A stretch of 64,000 nucleotides of DNA from Paraspadella gotoi (lineage: Eukaryota; Animalia; Chaetognatha). The DNA is taken from the NCBI GenBank assembly GCA_051294375.1, contig CM119270.1:6751279-6815278 (forward strand). The letters are read 5' to 3'. Below are positions 11,744-26,328 of the stretch, one piece after another. The notes below the pieces were generated by a model. It saw only the letters and a program-made list of their open reading frames with translations, made no database searches and had not been told where the DNA came from. Each line of letters opens with the position of its first letter. Within the stretch, counting starts at the first letter, position 1. A program made the position numbers and the translations under genes.

Positions 11744-13131
11744 CCTTCCTTCTTCCATTCGGACGTGAAAGATAAAAGACCAGAAACGGAAAGTGATAAA
11801 GCTATAAGGGAAGCAAAGGAAGAAACCGGACTAAAGAAAAAGAGGAAAAAAAGAAATTTAAAAAAAAGAAAAAAGTAGTGAAGCTGAAATCTGAGAAGAG
11901 CCAAAGTTGCCACCTGAACGATGCAAAACTTATTGGTAAGTTGAAGTGAACTTCTCAATGTCCCTGTCTTCAAAGGATAATGAAGAGAATAGTTTTAATA
12001 ATTAATATTTAAAAATCAAAATACTTTGGAAAGCATAAAATGTTTTTATATATATCAAAGATACAAACAAGTTATTTGCTAATCCGTTAAGAAAATGAGA
12101 CTCAGAATGCATTAAAAACTGAGGAGAGAGGAAATATGGTGATGAACCGAAATGAAAATGAAAAAAAAAGAGTTAAACGTAAGTACTATAAAAAAAAAAA
12201 TAAAGCCTTTGTCGCAAGACGTCGCTCCAAGTCTCGTCGTATATATTTCATATAAAACGTTTTACTTAATTGATTCATTCACTCACTCAAGGGTGAGTTG
12301 GAAAAACACGCGGGTGAAAGAGAATAATCCAATCGATGGTGAGTCAACTCAAGTCTGTCGCTCTCGATTCCGCGCCGCGGATTAGATTTTAATCAAGAGG
12401 TGAGTTCGACTTCTAAAGCCGCCGCCGCCGCCCCCGCCGGAGCCGCCGCTTCTAATCAAACTCTCTCTCCTTCGAGAGTGCAAACCGCAATAACAATAAA
12501 AATAAAGCCCATGCGTGACACAATGACTTTCATGGGGGAAAATCTCGGGAAAGGAGTTGACTATGGAGGGGGGGAGATTAAGGAAATAAATGGGTGGGGA
12601 AGAGGAAGTAGGGGGGCGGGAGAAGGTGGGTTGGAGGTTGGCGATTTGAATAGGGTTTCATCTGTGAGGATACCTGTCGATTCGAGGGCAAAACGTAAGA
12701 GACAAAAGTAAGAATATGAAAACGCATTTTAGACAACATAAGTGGCTAATCATTACCCAATGTAATAACTAATATGTATTAAAAAAAATTGCTTCTTAAA
12801 GACAAGGGAGGTTTAAAGTGATTAAAAAACTTGTACGTATATTATTATTATATTAATTATTATAGTTTTGAAAACTTATTTTAATTTAATTTTACTGTAA
12901 GATAAAAGCAATTGAGGATATCGATAATTAAAAAAATAAACAATAACAACAAACTTTGTAATGTTAAATGTTACATTTTGTAATAAGACTTAAGCAACGA
13001 GATTTTTAATAATGTTAATAATGTTACAATTTTAAAAATCGACATACAAACGATTACAAAAAGGAAACCGACTCGCGTGGGAGGAATGAATTAGCGACGA
13101 AGACGAAGATGAAGACAACCCAACAGTCGGC

Positions 13132-13170
<39 letters not shown>

Positions 13171-13507
13171 AATGAATACGACTGAAACGTCAATGGCTTC
13201 GATGATGTCGACACAATCAGACGAAGATGATGATGACGACGATGACAAAAACGAAGACGACAAACTCAAAAAATAAGACATCCAATCGAACGCCCTCTAT
13301 CGACAAATACGACGATCCCGATGACGACGACGTAAACGACGAAGACGACGATCTTGTCGATGATGACGAAGAGGAAGACGACGACGACAATGACGACGAC
13401 GACGTGGCACCGATTTTCAATTCGACGTCTCGATCCCGAGATTCCCGCGGGAAATTTTTTAAGTTCGATCCAATTTTGCTTCCGCCTGGGCGGAGAGACG
13501 GAGAGAG

Positions 13508-13579
<72 letters not shown>

Positions 13580-13644
13580 AGAAGAGAGAGGGATAGATAG
13601 AAGCGAATCACCATTTTGGAGATCTGCGGCGGTAACTGCGATTG

Positions 13645-13723
<79 letters not shown>

Positions 13724-13925
13724 CTTGTGACAATCGTTAGGACTATTATGGAACTTAGTCATTTTGGAAGTGTTCCTGTCGGAAGAGCAAAGAGGTTCGA
13801 AGAGAAGTTCCATTCTAGAAAATCGATTTCCCAGAAATTGCAATTTTGCAATTCCGAGAAAAAAGATTTGTACCTAGCTTGTTGTAACATAAGTGAACGT
13901 TATGTGAAAAAAGGTTTGTTGTGCA

Positions 13926-13939
13926 TTGCGCATGCGCAA
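13926..13939. promoter_or_regulatory. NRF1/EWG-type palindrome
   Basis: TTGCGCATGCGCAA is a perfect consensus within AT-rich sequence. Motif match only. Confidence 0.3.
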
Positions 13940-15211
13940 CCATTAGCTGAATATTTTAGTAAAATAAAAAGAAAAAGTGAAATATGAATAAAAAAAAAAA
14001 GTTTAACCAATGGAAGGGGAATAAAAAAAATATTGAGGGAGAATTACCGAAGTAATAGCAGAAAAGATTTATAAAGAAAAAAAGAAAATTACAAATTAAA
14101 AGAAAAAAATAGAAAAGAAGAGAAAGTAAAGAGGAGAAAGTAAAGAGGCAAACATAAAAAAAAAGGGAAAGAGTAGGAAAGAGCGACGTAATGCGAAACG
14201 GGAAGATAGAGGAAAAAAAGATTCTCCTCTTTTTCCACTCCGGCGCCCCGGCGTTTTTGGCGCCGCTCCAGTCGGCGCGTTTCCGGTTGGCGTGCCTCGG
14301 GCGACGGCGTCATTAGCGTCGTTAGCGCGCCGCCTTCGAGCCGGCTGGGAACCGGCGTGGCTTGGAACCGGCACAGCATCCTATCGGCTTCAAACCGGCA
14401 CTGATCAAAAAAAACCCAAGCCAATCGAAAACCTAGCGGCGCCGCTTCAAAATCGGCTCCGCCCCGTAACCCGACGCCCGTGGCAAACAAGCGCCAGGCG
14501 CCAAAAAAAAAGCCGTTTGAAAGCTACTTCCCTGTAGAATGGCTTTAAATCAGCGTCGCTAATACCGGCGGCGCTGTAACCTACTTTTCCGCGACTCGCC
14601 GACTCGGCGTCGTCGTTGTTTAGAGCGGAGGGAAAAAAATAGTAGAGATGAGAAGAGAAGAAGGAAGAGAGGAAATGGGAGGGAGGAAAGTAGAAAGGTA
14701 GGAAGGGAAGATTTTAAGAAGGATGGAAAGATGAATGATAAGAAGAATAATAGGGATGGTTAAAAATTGGAAGAACTTTCACCGAAAGATTCAAAACAGG
14801 AATTGAAAGGAGGAAAGAGGAAAAGAGACGAAAACTTATGTTTTTCTACGAGACTTTACATTTCGTCTTAATTTAGCTGAGAATAAAAAGGTAAACAGGT
14901 GAAGATTAGTGATAAAACTAGAAGGCATGTGTTGATATTGACTTCAATAATTAAACTGGGTTAAATTTTAGAAAATAGGGCCGAGAGAATATTTAAAAAA
15001 AGAACAAAAGGATGAAAAGCGAAACGAAAATAAGATACGTGAGTCTTAAACTCCACTATTTCCAAATATGTATATTATTCATTCAATAATCTACTCCAAT
15101 CAAGTTGCAACATGCAATATAATATCAATTAATATTTAAAGTTAACTCTTCCCTCTCTTTACCCTTACCCCCCCATCTACCTCCCCTTACCACCCCCCTT
15201 TCAAATCCCAG

Positions 15212-15419
15212 ATCCCACGTCCTGGCGGCGGGCGAGAAGGCGATGCTCCCCAACGCCCACTTCAAGGTGCGCCGCTACGGGCAGATCTACACCCTCGTCA
15301 TTCCTTCGATCTCCTTCGCCGACGCCGGCAGCTACAAGTGCAACAACTTCAAACTCTTCAACATCGTCGTGGTGGGGAGACCTCGTTGCAGCCCAAGGGC
15401 CGACGAAGTGGAGTTCATG
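15212..15419 (+). CDS. Ig-superfamily receptor exon 2 (second half of Ig1)
   Basis: CCCAG acceptor and ATG|GTGAGA donor. Encodes SHVLAAGEKAMLPNAHFKVRRYGQIYTLVIPSISFADAGSYKCNNFKLFNIVVVGRPRC..., containing the canonical L-x-I...D-x-G-x-Y-x-C Ig motif. Confidence 0.9.
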
Positions 15420-15736
15420 GTGAGAGAAAAGAGCGTTTGGTGGAGCATTGGGATCAACTGATCATGAAGTATGTTTTGCAAAGTAGTAAGAATTATTTAT
15501 TCATTTTTGTTCGATTCGATTGTTAGTTAATTAACTTATTAACTTACTCTTTTTTTAACATTTCATCTTTTTATTTATTCATTTATACTTTCTTGTGGTG
15601 GTATATTCACACCACCTCACGTCCACCATTTATTCATTCAATAAATAACACATTTATTCACCAATTCATTAATCAATTCATCATTCACTGATTATTAAAT
15701 TCATTCATACATTATTTTATTCATTCATTCTTTAAG

Positions 15737-15892
15737 GAAAAGAAAGAGGCTCAACTGAACTGTCGCCTCACCTCGGCGGGTCATCCGCCGCCTCGTCTCG
15801 TCTGGATCAAAGGCACGACGCCTCTGCGCGGCTCGCCCGCCTTCGACGGCAACATAACCACGAACCTCCTTCACTTTGCTCCAACTTACAAG
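15737..15892 (+). CDS. Ig-superfamily receptor exon 3 (first half of Ig2)
   Basis: TTTAAG acceptor, AAG|GTAAGT donor, phase 0-0. Encodes EKKEAQLNCRLTSAGHPPPRLVWIKGTTPL...FAPTYK (C...G-x-P-x-P-x-L-x-W pattern). Confidence 0.9.
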
Positions 15893-16014
15893 GTAAGTCA
15901 GAGAAAGGTAATAGGTCCTAACCTTCGACAAATATTTAATAATTTTACTTATTTTATACTTGATATCCGTCTCTCTTTAACTAAATATAGTCGTATACAA
16001 TTTAATTTCTCCAG

Positions 16015-16239
16015 GATTTCGGCCAACCGCTAAACTGCGTCATCTCCCATCAAAACTACGCCAACGCCACTACGCCACTGCCCTCTTGCGGCTACGCCAA
16101 GATCAAGATCCGCTTCGGCCCGCGTCTCGTCTGCGACCATCGACAGTACGTGGCCGAGGACGCGGCCAAGGTTCCGGTCAGCTGCGAGGTCTACGCCCAC
16201 CCGAAGGTGGCGCTCAAGGACATCTCTTGGATTTATAGG
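16015..16239 (+). CDS. Ig-superfamily receptor exon 4 (end of Ig2, start of Ig3)
   Basis: CTCCAG acceptor, AGG|GTGGGT donor, phase 0-0. Encodes DFGQPLNCVISHQNY...RFGPRLVC...VPVSCEVYAHPKVALKDISWIYR. Confidence 0.9.
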
Positions 16240-16612
16240 GTGGGTTTTTGGGTGGAAAGGTGGAGTGTTGGACGTGAGTCAGGTGGGATAGTATGATACT
16301 TTTATTATGTAATTGGTAGGTACTACTATTACCACTCATTATATGGTGATCTTTTAATCAAAGGAAAATTTGATTAGTATCTTTTGATTATTCATTTTGA
16401 GTCGTCAGACTTGATAAATTTTTTTTTCCTTTACTTTTCCATCTAGCTAATGCAATTTACTATCCCTTCTAATATCTGTAGTCTCCATCCCCAGTTGCAA
16501 TGTTCGTGAAAACAAAAATAAGTCAGAGAAGTAATCGTATTTTCCATTGTCACCTTAGATTTTCCAGAAATAATAGCTTTTCTCCAAAATTCAATTCGTC
16601 ATGGATGACAGA

Positions 16613-16760
<148 letters not shown>

Positions 16761-17833
16761 GCATCGTTTTTTTGTCTCTCTCCTCCCAATCTTCCCAAAA
16801 ATTTGCAATTCAGTCGCAGCAGATCAAATAAAAAAAAAGAAGAACCTGCAAATTTTTCTCTCACTTCTCACACCTGATGTTTACGTCTCTTGAGGGAAAA
16901 TCGCGTGATCGTCGAGCGGGGAGAGTCTGTGAAGGGGGGACGGGAGCTTGGTTGTGGGTAGACCAGGTGCTTGGTTGGGAAGCGGGAAGCATCTCTCAGT
17001 GGGCGGAACCTAGGAAGGGATAGAGAGAGACACATCGAAAATTTATATTTTTAAGGAAGTAACAACAACCATAACAACATACCACAACATATGTCAGTTG
17101 AGACAAGGAATGAGAAGGAAATAAAAGAGGAGCGAAAGTAAAATGAATTCGTTTGCTTGTGAAAAAAGCTGTGAAATAAGTGCTTGGTCGCGAAGGTAAA
17201 GCAAGCGTCGTTTTTGCTTGAGTGAGTGGAACCCAGGAAATGTCCTCTAACCTCCTCACTCTCTTTACACGGTTTTTGAAGTTTCGATGAGAGAGAGAGA
17301 GGGAGAGAGGGAGAGGGAGAGAGAGCAAGAAACGAATCAACGTACATCCAGAAAACGAAAACAAGTTCAACACATGTTCAATTTAAAACTGCTGTAAATG
17401 TTTTCACAGGGTGCGCCTTTTTTTAAACCAATGTGGGGAAGAAAATAAAGGATAAATATAAAAATGATTATGAAATTATGTCATGTTATATTAAGTTCAA
17501 ATCTAGAATTATTAGTTTTTTATTGTTAAATTAAACTAATTATTCTATATTATCATTAAACACCAAAGTCTCAATTGGAAGTTAGCCAATTTTCAATGGA
17601 CACACATTCTCTCTCTCTCTCTCTCTCTCTTCTCTCTTCTCTCTTCTCTCTCTCCGTCTTCCTATCTCTCTCTCTCTCTGCATGGCTTCACTCCGTGACC
17701 GTTTTTCAAAGTCGATTATTTTTAAAGGGAAAACGTGCGAGGAAAATTAGTCATTTCTTTTCCTTCTTTTTCTCGTCTTTCTTTTTTCTAGTATTTTTTC
17801 TTTCATTTAAAAAAGAGAATTACAAAAAAAAAT

Positions 17834-17921
<88 letters not shown>

Positions 17922-17989
17922 CACGTGATTTCGGAAAGACACGGAATGCATACCATTAACTGGTGTAATTGAGTTGCCTTTGGCGAGAG

Positions 17990-18081
<92 letters not shown>

Positions 18082-18218
18082 GGGAGCGGAGGAGTGAGAG
18101 AGAGAGAGAGAGAAATGGGCGTGGGAGAAGAAAAGACTCGAGAAAGATTAGGGGAGACGTGGTATTTTTGACTTGCAAAATCACTCTCTTTTCGTTATTT
18201 TTCGTAGTCGTCGTGGTT

Positions 18219-18252
<34 letters not shown>

Positions 18253-18641
18253 GGTGGTACCGTGGTGGTAAAGTAAAGAACAAATATATCGGATTTTCTC
18301 TCTTGTCTTCAATTTCGTTTCGGGTTTTCCGATTCTCCCTCCCCACGAGAAACGTGATGTTTTTAGCGGCGTTAGTGGTTATGTTTAATAAAAAGTTATT
18401 AAGTGCCTGACCTATTATTTTTACTTCATGAAACGATTGCCTTTTAACTGACATGTTGACACTGTCGTTTTAATCATGTAAGTTACAAGAAACTAACTCT
18501 TTATTTCACTAGCTGATCGTTAAAATAAATAAGATAAATCAATGAAGCCAATACTTTTGTATTTGCGACTTCGTTGCCACACATGCTATTAGAAACAATC
18601 GTTTGCAAAATTTACAATCAATTTAGAATATTTGTCTCCAG

Positions 18642-18785
18642 GAAAACGACACGCTTGTGGAACGGAAGCAGGGAAAGGCCCACCACACGATCCATCATCG
18701 CGGACGGACGGGCCTCTTCGTCCAGCACTCGATCCCCAAGCGTCTCTTCAGCATCCACTCGCCCAAGCTGGTCGTCAGGCTCAAG
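18642..18785 (+). CDS. Ig-superfamily receptor exon 5
   Basis: CTCCAG acceptor, AAG|GTGAGA donor, 144 bp, phase 0-0. GC-rich island in an AT-rich intron, encoding ENDTLVERKQGKAHH...PKLVVRLK. Confidence 0.8.
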
Positions 18786-19100
18786 GTGAGAGAGAGAGAA
18801 TACAACTAAAAATATATATGTATTTAAGTTGAGGATCTCAAAATTTTGGACGATAATTAATTTTTTTATTTAAAAACTTTATACAATAAATTAAAACGTG
18901 TTATAAAAACCAAATAAAATTTGAAAATGACGGTATATTAGAATACTAAACTGAAATAATTAGAATTAACATTGTGTAACTTATAAAAATGGTTTTATTG
19001 CTAGTGAAAAATTCTTTCCCTTCCCGTACCCAATGCCGCCCTCCCTCATCCTTGCAAACCCCCATCCCATCACCCCCCTCAACACCCCCACCTCAACCAG

Positions 19101-19307
19101 GTCTACGGCAAAGACCGCATCGAATACAAGAACATCACAGTCTTCGTCTTTTTCCACCCGGTCGTCCGGTGTCCCGCCGTCCAAGTCTTTCACTCGCGGG
19201 ATTTGGAGTCACAGAATCTCACCTGTGACATCTTGAGTTATCCCGAGATCCCAGCGGCGAATATCACCATCGAACAGAGTCACGAGTTCTTGCTCAGCGG
19301 ACTCACG
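19101..19307 (+). CDS. Ig-superfamily receptor exon 6 (end of Ig3, start of Ig4)
   Basis: ACCAG acceptor, ACG|GTGAAG donor, phase 0-0. Encodes VYGKDRIEYKNITVFVFFHPVVRC...QNLTCDILSYPEIPAANITI... Confidence 0.8.
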
Positions 19308-19833
19308 GTGAAGATTTAAAGGGAGAGAGTGATAGGAGAGCGAGTGAGGGAATTTGAGATGAGAGACAGGGAGTGAGACACAGGGATAGTTGTGATTGTT
19401 AATAGTTTAAATAAATTCAAATGTACTTTTAAAANNNNNNNNNNNNNNNNNNNNNNNNNNNNNNNNNNNNNNNNNNNNNNNNNNNNNNNNNNNNNNNNNN
19501 NNNNNNNNNNNNNNNNNNNNNNNNNNNNNNNNNNNNNNNNNNNNNNNNNNNNNNNNNNNNNNNNNNNNNNNNNNNNNNNNNNNNNNNNNNNNNNNNNNNN
19601 NNNNNNNNNNNNNNNNNNNNNNNNNNNNNNNNNNNNNNNNNNNAATCGTTATATGGAAATTAGCGGAAATCCATAAATTCATCTATAAACCATGAAAAAA
19701 AGTTTAACGGGTGAATAACGGGTTTTTGATCGTTTATAATGCGATTATATCGGAGGCTTCATAAATAAAAAGCGAGGAAGTTCAGTANNNNNNNNNNNNN
19801 NNNNNNNNNNNNAAAAAAAAAGAGAGAGATGAA

Positions 19834-22402
19834 AAAAAGAAAATTACAATTAAAAAGAAAAAAATAAGAAAGAGAGAAAGTAAAGAGAGAAAGTAAAGAG
19901 GAAACATAAAAAAAAGGGGAAGAGTAGGAAAGAGGCGACGTAATGCGAAACGCGGAAGAATAGAGGAAAAAGATTCTCTCTTTTCCACTCGCGGCCCGGC
20001 GTATATATATGGCGCCGCTCCAGTCGGCGCGTTTCGGTTGGCGTGCTCGGCGACGCGCGTCAATTAGCGTCGTTAGCGCGCCGCTCTTCGAGCCGGCTGG
20101 AACCGGCGTGGCTTGGGAACCCGGCACAGCATCCTATCGGCTTCACACACTACGGCACTGATAAGAAAAACCCGACAATCGAAAACCTACGGCGCCGCTT
20201 CAAAATCGGCTCCGACCCCGTACTCCGACGCCCGTGGCAAACAAGCGCAGGCGCCAAAAAAAAGCCGTTTGAAAGCTACTACATCATAGATAGAATGGCT
20301 TTAACTCAGCGTGCTCAATACCGGCGGCGCTGTAACTACTTTCGCGAACTACCACCCACTCGGCCGTCCGTCGTATGTTTAGAGGGAGGGAGAAAAAAAA
20401 TAGTAGAGATTGAGAAGAGAAGAAAGGAAAGAGAGGAAATGGGAGGGAGGAAAGTACGAAGGTAGAAGGGAAAGATTTTAAGAAGGATGGAAGACTGAAT
20501 GATACAAGGAATAATAGGGATGTTAAAAATTGGAAGAACTTTCCGAAGATTCAACAACAGGAATTGAAAGGAGGAAAGAGGAATATAGAGACGAAACTTA
20601 TGTTTTTTCTACGAGACTTTACTTTCGTCTTAATTTAGCTGAGAATATAAAAGGTAACAGGTGAAGATTAGTGATAAACTAGACAGAGCATGTGTTGATA
20701 TTGACTTCAATAATTAAACTGGGTTAAATTTTAGAAAATAGGGCGAGGAATATTTAAAAGACAAAAGGATGAAGAAGCGAAAACGAAATAAGATACGTGA
20801 GTCTTAAACTCCACTATTTTCCAAATATGTTATTTATTCATTCAAGTAAATCTTACTCCAATCAAGTTGAAATGCATATAATATCAATAATATATCATTA
20901 GTTAACTCTTCCGCTCTCTCTTTACCATATACCCCCCCATCTACCTCCCTTACCACCCCCCCTTTCAAATGCCAGATCAGTCCTGCGGCGGGCGAGAAGG
21001 CGTGCTCCCAACGCCCACTTCCAAGGTGCGCCGCTATGGCGGGCAGATTACACCTCTCGTCATTCCTTCGATTCCTTCGCGACGCCGGCAAGCTAAGCAA
21101 GTGCACAACTTCAAACTCTTCACATCGTCGCTGGTGGGGAGAACCTCGTTGCAGCCTAAGGGCCGACGAAGTGGAGTTCACTAGGTGAGAGAAATGAGCG
21201 GTTTGGTGAGCATTGTGGATCAACTGATCATGAAGTATGTTTTGCAAAGTAGTAAGAATATTCTATTCATTTTTGTTTCGATTCGATTGTTAGTTACATT
21301 AACTTTTAACTACTTTTTTTTAACATTTCATCTTTTTTATTTATTCATTTATACTTTCTTGTGGTGGTATATACACGCACCTCAAGTCACCATTCTATTC
21401 ATTCAATAAAATAATACTTATTAACGCAATTCATTATCAATTCATCATTCACTGATTATTAATTCAATTCATACCATTAATTTATTCATTCATTCTTTAA
21501 GGAAAAGAAAGAGGCTCAACTGAACTGTCCGCCTCACCTCGCGGGTCATGCCGCTCGTCTCGTCTGGCTGCAAAAGGCACGACGCTCTGCGCGGCTCGCC
21601 CGCCATTCGACGGCAAACATACACGAACCATCCTCTCACTTTGACTCCAACTTAACAAGGTAGTCAGAGAAAGGGTAATTAGGGTCCTAACCTTCGACAA
21701 ATATTTAATAATTTTACTTATTTTATACTTGAATACCGTCTCTCTTTTAACTAAATATCAGTCGTATACAATTTAATTTTCTCCAGGATTTCGGGCCACC
21801 GCTAAACTGCGTCATCTCCCATCAAACTTACGCAAGACGCCACTACGCCACTGCCCTCTTGCGGCTACGCCCAAGATCAAGATCCGCTTCGGCCCGCTCT
21901 CGTCTGCGACCATCGACAGTACGTGGCGGAGGAAAGCGGCCAAGGTCGGTCAGCTGCGAGGTCTACGCCCAACGAAGGTGGCGCTCAGGACTCTCTTAGT
22001 ATCATATAGAGATGAGAGTATATATATAGGGTGGAAAGGTGGGTGTATGGACGTGAGTCCAGGTGGGATAGATATGATACTATTTATTATAGTATTGGTA
22101 GGCTACTACTAATTCAACCACTCCCTTAATATGGTGAATCTTTAATGCAAAGGAAATTTGAATTAGTATCTTTTGATTTATTCATTTTGAGTCGTCAGAC
22201 CTTGATAAATTTTTTTTTCCTTTACTTTTCCATCTCGCTATGCAATTACTATCTTCTATATCTCTAGTCTCCATACCCAGTGCAATGTTTCGTGGAAACA
22301 AAAATAAGTCAACGAGAAGTAATCGTATTTTCATTGTTCACCTTAGACTTTTCCAGAATAATAGCTTTTTTCTCCAAAATTCAATTAGTCATGGATGACA
22401 GA

Positions 22403-22462
<60 letters not shown>

Positions 22463-22498
22463 TATGAGAATAGAAAGAGAGAGAGAGAGAGAGAGAGA

Positions 22499-22553
<55 letters not shown>

Positions 22554-23647
22554 GCATCGTATTTTTTGCTCTCTCCTCCCAATCTTCCCAAAATTTGCAA
22601 TTCAGTCGCAGCAGATCAAATAAAAAAAAAGAAGAAGCGCTGCAATTTTTCTCTCACTTTCTCACAACCTGAATGTTTACGTCTTTGAGGGAAAATCGCG
22701 TGATCGTCGAGCGGGGAGAGTCTGTGAAGGGGGACGGGAGTTGTTGTGGGTAGACGCAGGTGCTTGTTGGTGGGGTGGGAAGCGGGGAAACGCATTCTCA
22801 TGGGCGGACCTAGGAAGGGATAGAGAGAGACCACATCACGAAATTTAATATTTTTTAAGGAAGTAACAACAACATAAAACATACCAACACATACTGTGAT
22901 TGGAGGTGAGAAGGAAATAAAAAGAGGAGCGAAAGTAAAAATGAATTCGTTTGCTTGTGAAAAAAGCTGTAAATAAGTGCTTGGGACCTCGCCGACGGTA
23001 AAGGCAAGCGTCGTTTTTGGCTTGAGTGGTGGAACCAGGAATGTCCTCTAACGCTCCTCACTCTCTTTACAACGGTATTATAACGAAGTTTCGATGAGAG
23101 AGAGAGAGGGAGAGAAGGGAGAGGGAGAGAGAGAAGAAACGAATCAACGTAATCCCAGAAAACGAAAAACAAGTTCAACACATGTTCACAATTTAAAATG
23201 CTGATAAATGTTTTCACAGGGTGCGCTAATATAATATACCAATGTGGGAAGAAATAAGGATTAATATAAAATGATTATTGATTATGTCATGTTTATTAAG
23301 TTCAAATCTAGTTATTAGTTTTTTATTGTTAAATTAAACTAATTATTCTATATTATTCATTAAACACCAAGTCTGCAATTGGAAGTTAGCCAATTTTCAA
23401 TGGACACTCTTCTCTCTTTTCTCTCTCTCTCTCTTCTCTCTCTCTCTCTTCTCTCTTCTCGTCTCTCCTCCGTCATCTCTCTCTCTCTCTGCATGGCTTT
23501 CACTCCGTGACCGTTTTTCCAAGTGCGATTATTTTTAAAGGGAAACGTGCGAGGAAAAATTAAGTCATTTCTTTTCCTTCTTTGTTCTCGTCTTTCTTTT
23601 TTCTAGTATTTTTTCTTTCATTTAAAAAAAGAGAATTACAAAAAAAT

Positions 23648-23690
<43 letters not shown>

Positions 23691-23701
23691 GAGAGAAGAG
23701 C

Positions 23702-23738
<37 letters not shown>

Positions 23739-23803
23739 GCACGTGATTTTCGGAAAGACACGGAATGCATACCATTAACTGGTGTAATTGAGTTGCCTTT
23801 GGC

Positions 23804-23892
<89 letters not shown>

Positions 23893-24020
23893 TGAGAGAG
23901 AGAGAGAGAGAAATGGGCGTGGGAGAAGAAAAGACTCGAGAAAGATTAGGGAGACGTGGTATTTTTGACTTGCAAAATCACTCTCTTTTCCGTTATTTTT
24001 CGTAGTCGTCGTGGTTTTGT

Positions 24021-24051
<31 letters not shown>

Positions 24052-25218
24052 GTGGTACCGTGGTGGTAAAGTAAAGAAGAAATATATCGATTTTCTCTCT
24101 TGTTTCAATTTCGTTTCGGGTTTTCCGATTCTCCTCCCACGAGAAACGTTCGATGTTTTAGCGGCGTTAGTGGTTATGTTTTAATAAAAGTTATTAAGTG
24201 CCTGACCTATTATTTTACTTCATGAAACGATTGCCTTTTAACTGACATGTTGACACTGTCGTTTTAATCATGTAAGTTACAAGAAACTAACTCTTTATTT
24301 CACTAGCTGATCGTTAAAAAAATAGATAAATCATGAAGCCAATACTTTTGTTATTTGCGACTTCGTTGCCACACATGCTATTAGAAAACAATCGTTTGCA
24401 AAATTTACAATCAATTTAGAATATTTGTCTCAGGAAAACGACACGCTTGTGGAACGGAAGCAGGGAAAGGCCCACCACACCGATCCATCATCCGGACGGA
24501 CGGGCCTCTTCGTCCAGCACTCGATCCCCAGGTCTCTTCAGCATCCCACTCGCCCAAGCTGGTCGTCAGGCTCAGGTGAGAGAGAGAGAATACAACTAAA
24601 AATATATATGTATTTAAGTTGAGGATCTCAAATTTTGGACGATAATTAATTTTTTTTTATTTAAAAACTTTATACAATAAATTAAAAACGTGTTATAAAA
24701 ACCAAATAAAATTTGAAAATGACGGTATATTAGAATACTAAACTGAAATAATTAGAATTAAACATGTTGTAACTTATAAAAATGGTTTTATTGCTAGTGA
24801 AAAATTCTTTCCCTTCCCGTACCCAAATGCCGCCCTCCCTCATCCTTGCCAAACCCCATCCCATCACCCCCTCAACACCCCCACCTCACCAGTCTACGGC
24901 AAAGACCGCATCGATACAAAACATCACAGTCTTCGTCTTTTTCCACCCGGTCGTCCGGTGTCCGCCGTCCAAGTCTTTCACTCGCGGATTTGGAGTCACA
25001 GAATCTCACCGTGACATCTTGAGTTATCCCGAGATCCCAGCGGCGAATATCACCATCGAACAGAGTCACGAGTTCTTGCTCAGCGGACTCACGGTGAAGA
25101 TTTAAAGGGAGAGAGTGATAGGAACGAGTGAGGGAATTTGAGATGAGAGACAGGGAGTGAGACACAGGGATAGTTGTGGATGTTAATAGTTTAAATAAAT
25201 TCAAATGTACTTTTAAAA
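19834..25218 (+). repeat. Indel-rich duplicate of ~14075-19434 (frameshifted copies of Ig exons 2-6)
   Basis: Begins just after a 25-N gap. Introns and exons are equally affected by 1-bp indels. Confidence 0.9.
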
Positions 25219-25441
25219 TATTGAAACTTACGGAAAATAAGGAAATTTTTGTTTCAAAATAAATACGATTAAATTAAAACTGATCAAAGAAAAAAAATCG
25301 TTATATGGAAATTAGCGGAAATCCATAAATTCATCTTATAAACCATGAAAAAAGTTTAACGGTGAATAACGGTTTTTGATCGTTATAATGCGATTATATC
25401 GGAGCTTCATAAATAAAAAGCGAGGAAGTTCGATAGCAGCT

Positions 25442-25520
<79 letters not shown>

Positions 25521-25691
25521 CGAGAGAGAGAGAGAGATTAATTTTCTACGGATTAAATATTTAAAAAGCGAAAATCTTAAATTATTTTTCGCCACTTAAT
25601 TGAAAACCGATCTACTTACGCTTCCAATCTCAAACCACCTTTTCCTTCCACCTTCACCCACCTAAACTCACTCTCCCCCACCCTCCTAAAG

Positions 25692-25825
25692 ATGTCGGAA
25701 TTCCTCACCGAACCTCACCCACCTTCGCGGCTCCGCGTCGTCATCCGCTTTTCCGTAAAGCGGCGTCACCGGCGCCTTTTGGAATCGCAGGTCGGCGTCG
25801 CTCTCAAGGCCGCCGGCGTCTTTAA
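25692..25825 (+). CDS. Ig-superfamily receptor exon 7
   Basis: TAAAG acceptor after a C-rich tract, AA|GTGAGT donor (phase 2) matching the next exon. Encodes MSEFLTEPHPPSRLRVVIRFSVK...VGVALKAAGVF. Confidence 0.75.
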
Positions 25826-26328
25826 GTGAGTCACGTCTTCTATAAGACGGGGGCAGCTGGTAATTGGGTCATTAAAGTTCGGCGTTGATGTTCAATAATT
25901 ATTTTGTAGGTTAATAGATCTCTATCTCGTTATATATATATATTTTTTTTTTTTTTTACCGCAGAAGCTACGTTTTTTGTTTTTCAATTAACAAAAAACT
26001 TTAACGTTATATTATTTAGTTAATTTTTGGGTTGAAATTCGAGTTTAAAATCAACATTATAAGTGATTTTATTTAGATAGATTCTGTAATAACGAGGTCT
26101 ATTAGATGTTTAGGGCGCGACTATGACGGTTGTTTTAAATATCTAGTTTAAAGTTTACTTATCTTGATTCCCATGAATACTAGATATCCTCCAACCAATT
26201 CATTCATCTTCTTTTTCTCCCTCTCCACAGTGATCGAAANNNNNNNNNNTCGATGACTGTGCTCTCTTCTCCTTCGATCCCCTTAATTTCTCTCTCCCCC
26301 CACCTCTCCCCCGACACTTAAAATCCAG

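Noticed and set aside
13227-13730. Acidic Asp-rich ORF
   Set aside because: It is built from degenerate GAC and AG repeats inside intron 1, with no compatible splice sites identified.
19834-25218. Dscam-like mutually exclusive duplicated Ig exon cassette
   Set aside because: The second set of exons 2-6 is frameshifted throughout, introns are equally similar, and the block starts at a 25-N gap. This pattern fits uncorrected long-read redundancy.
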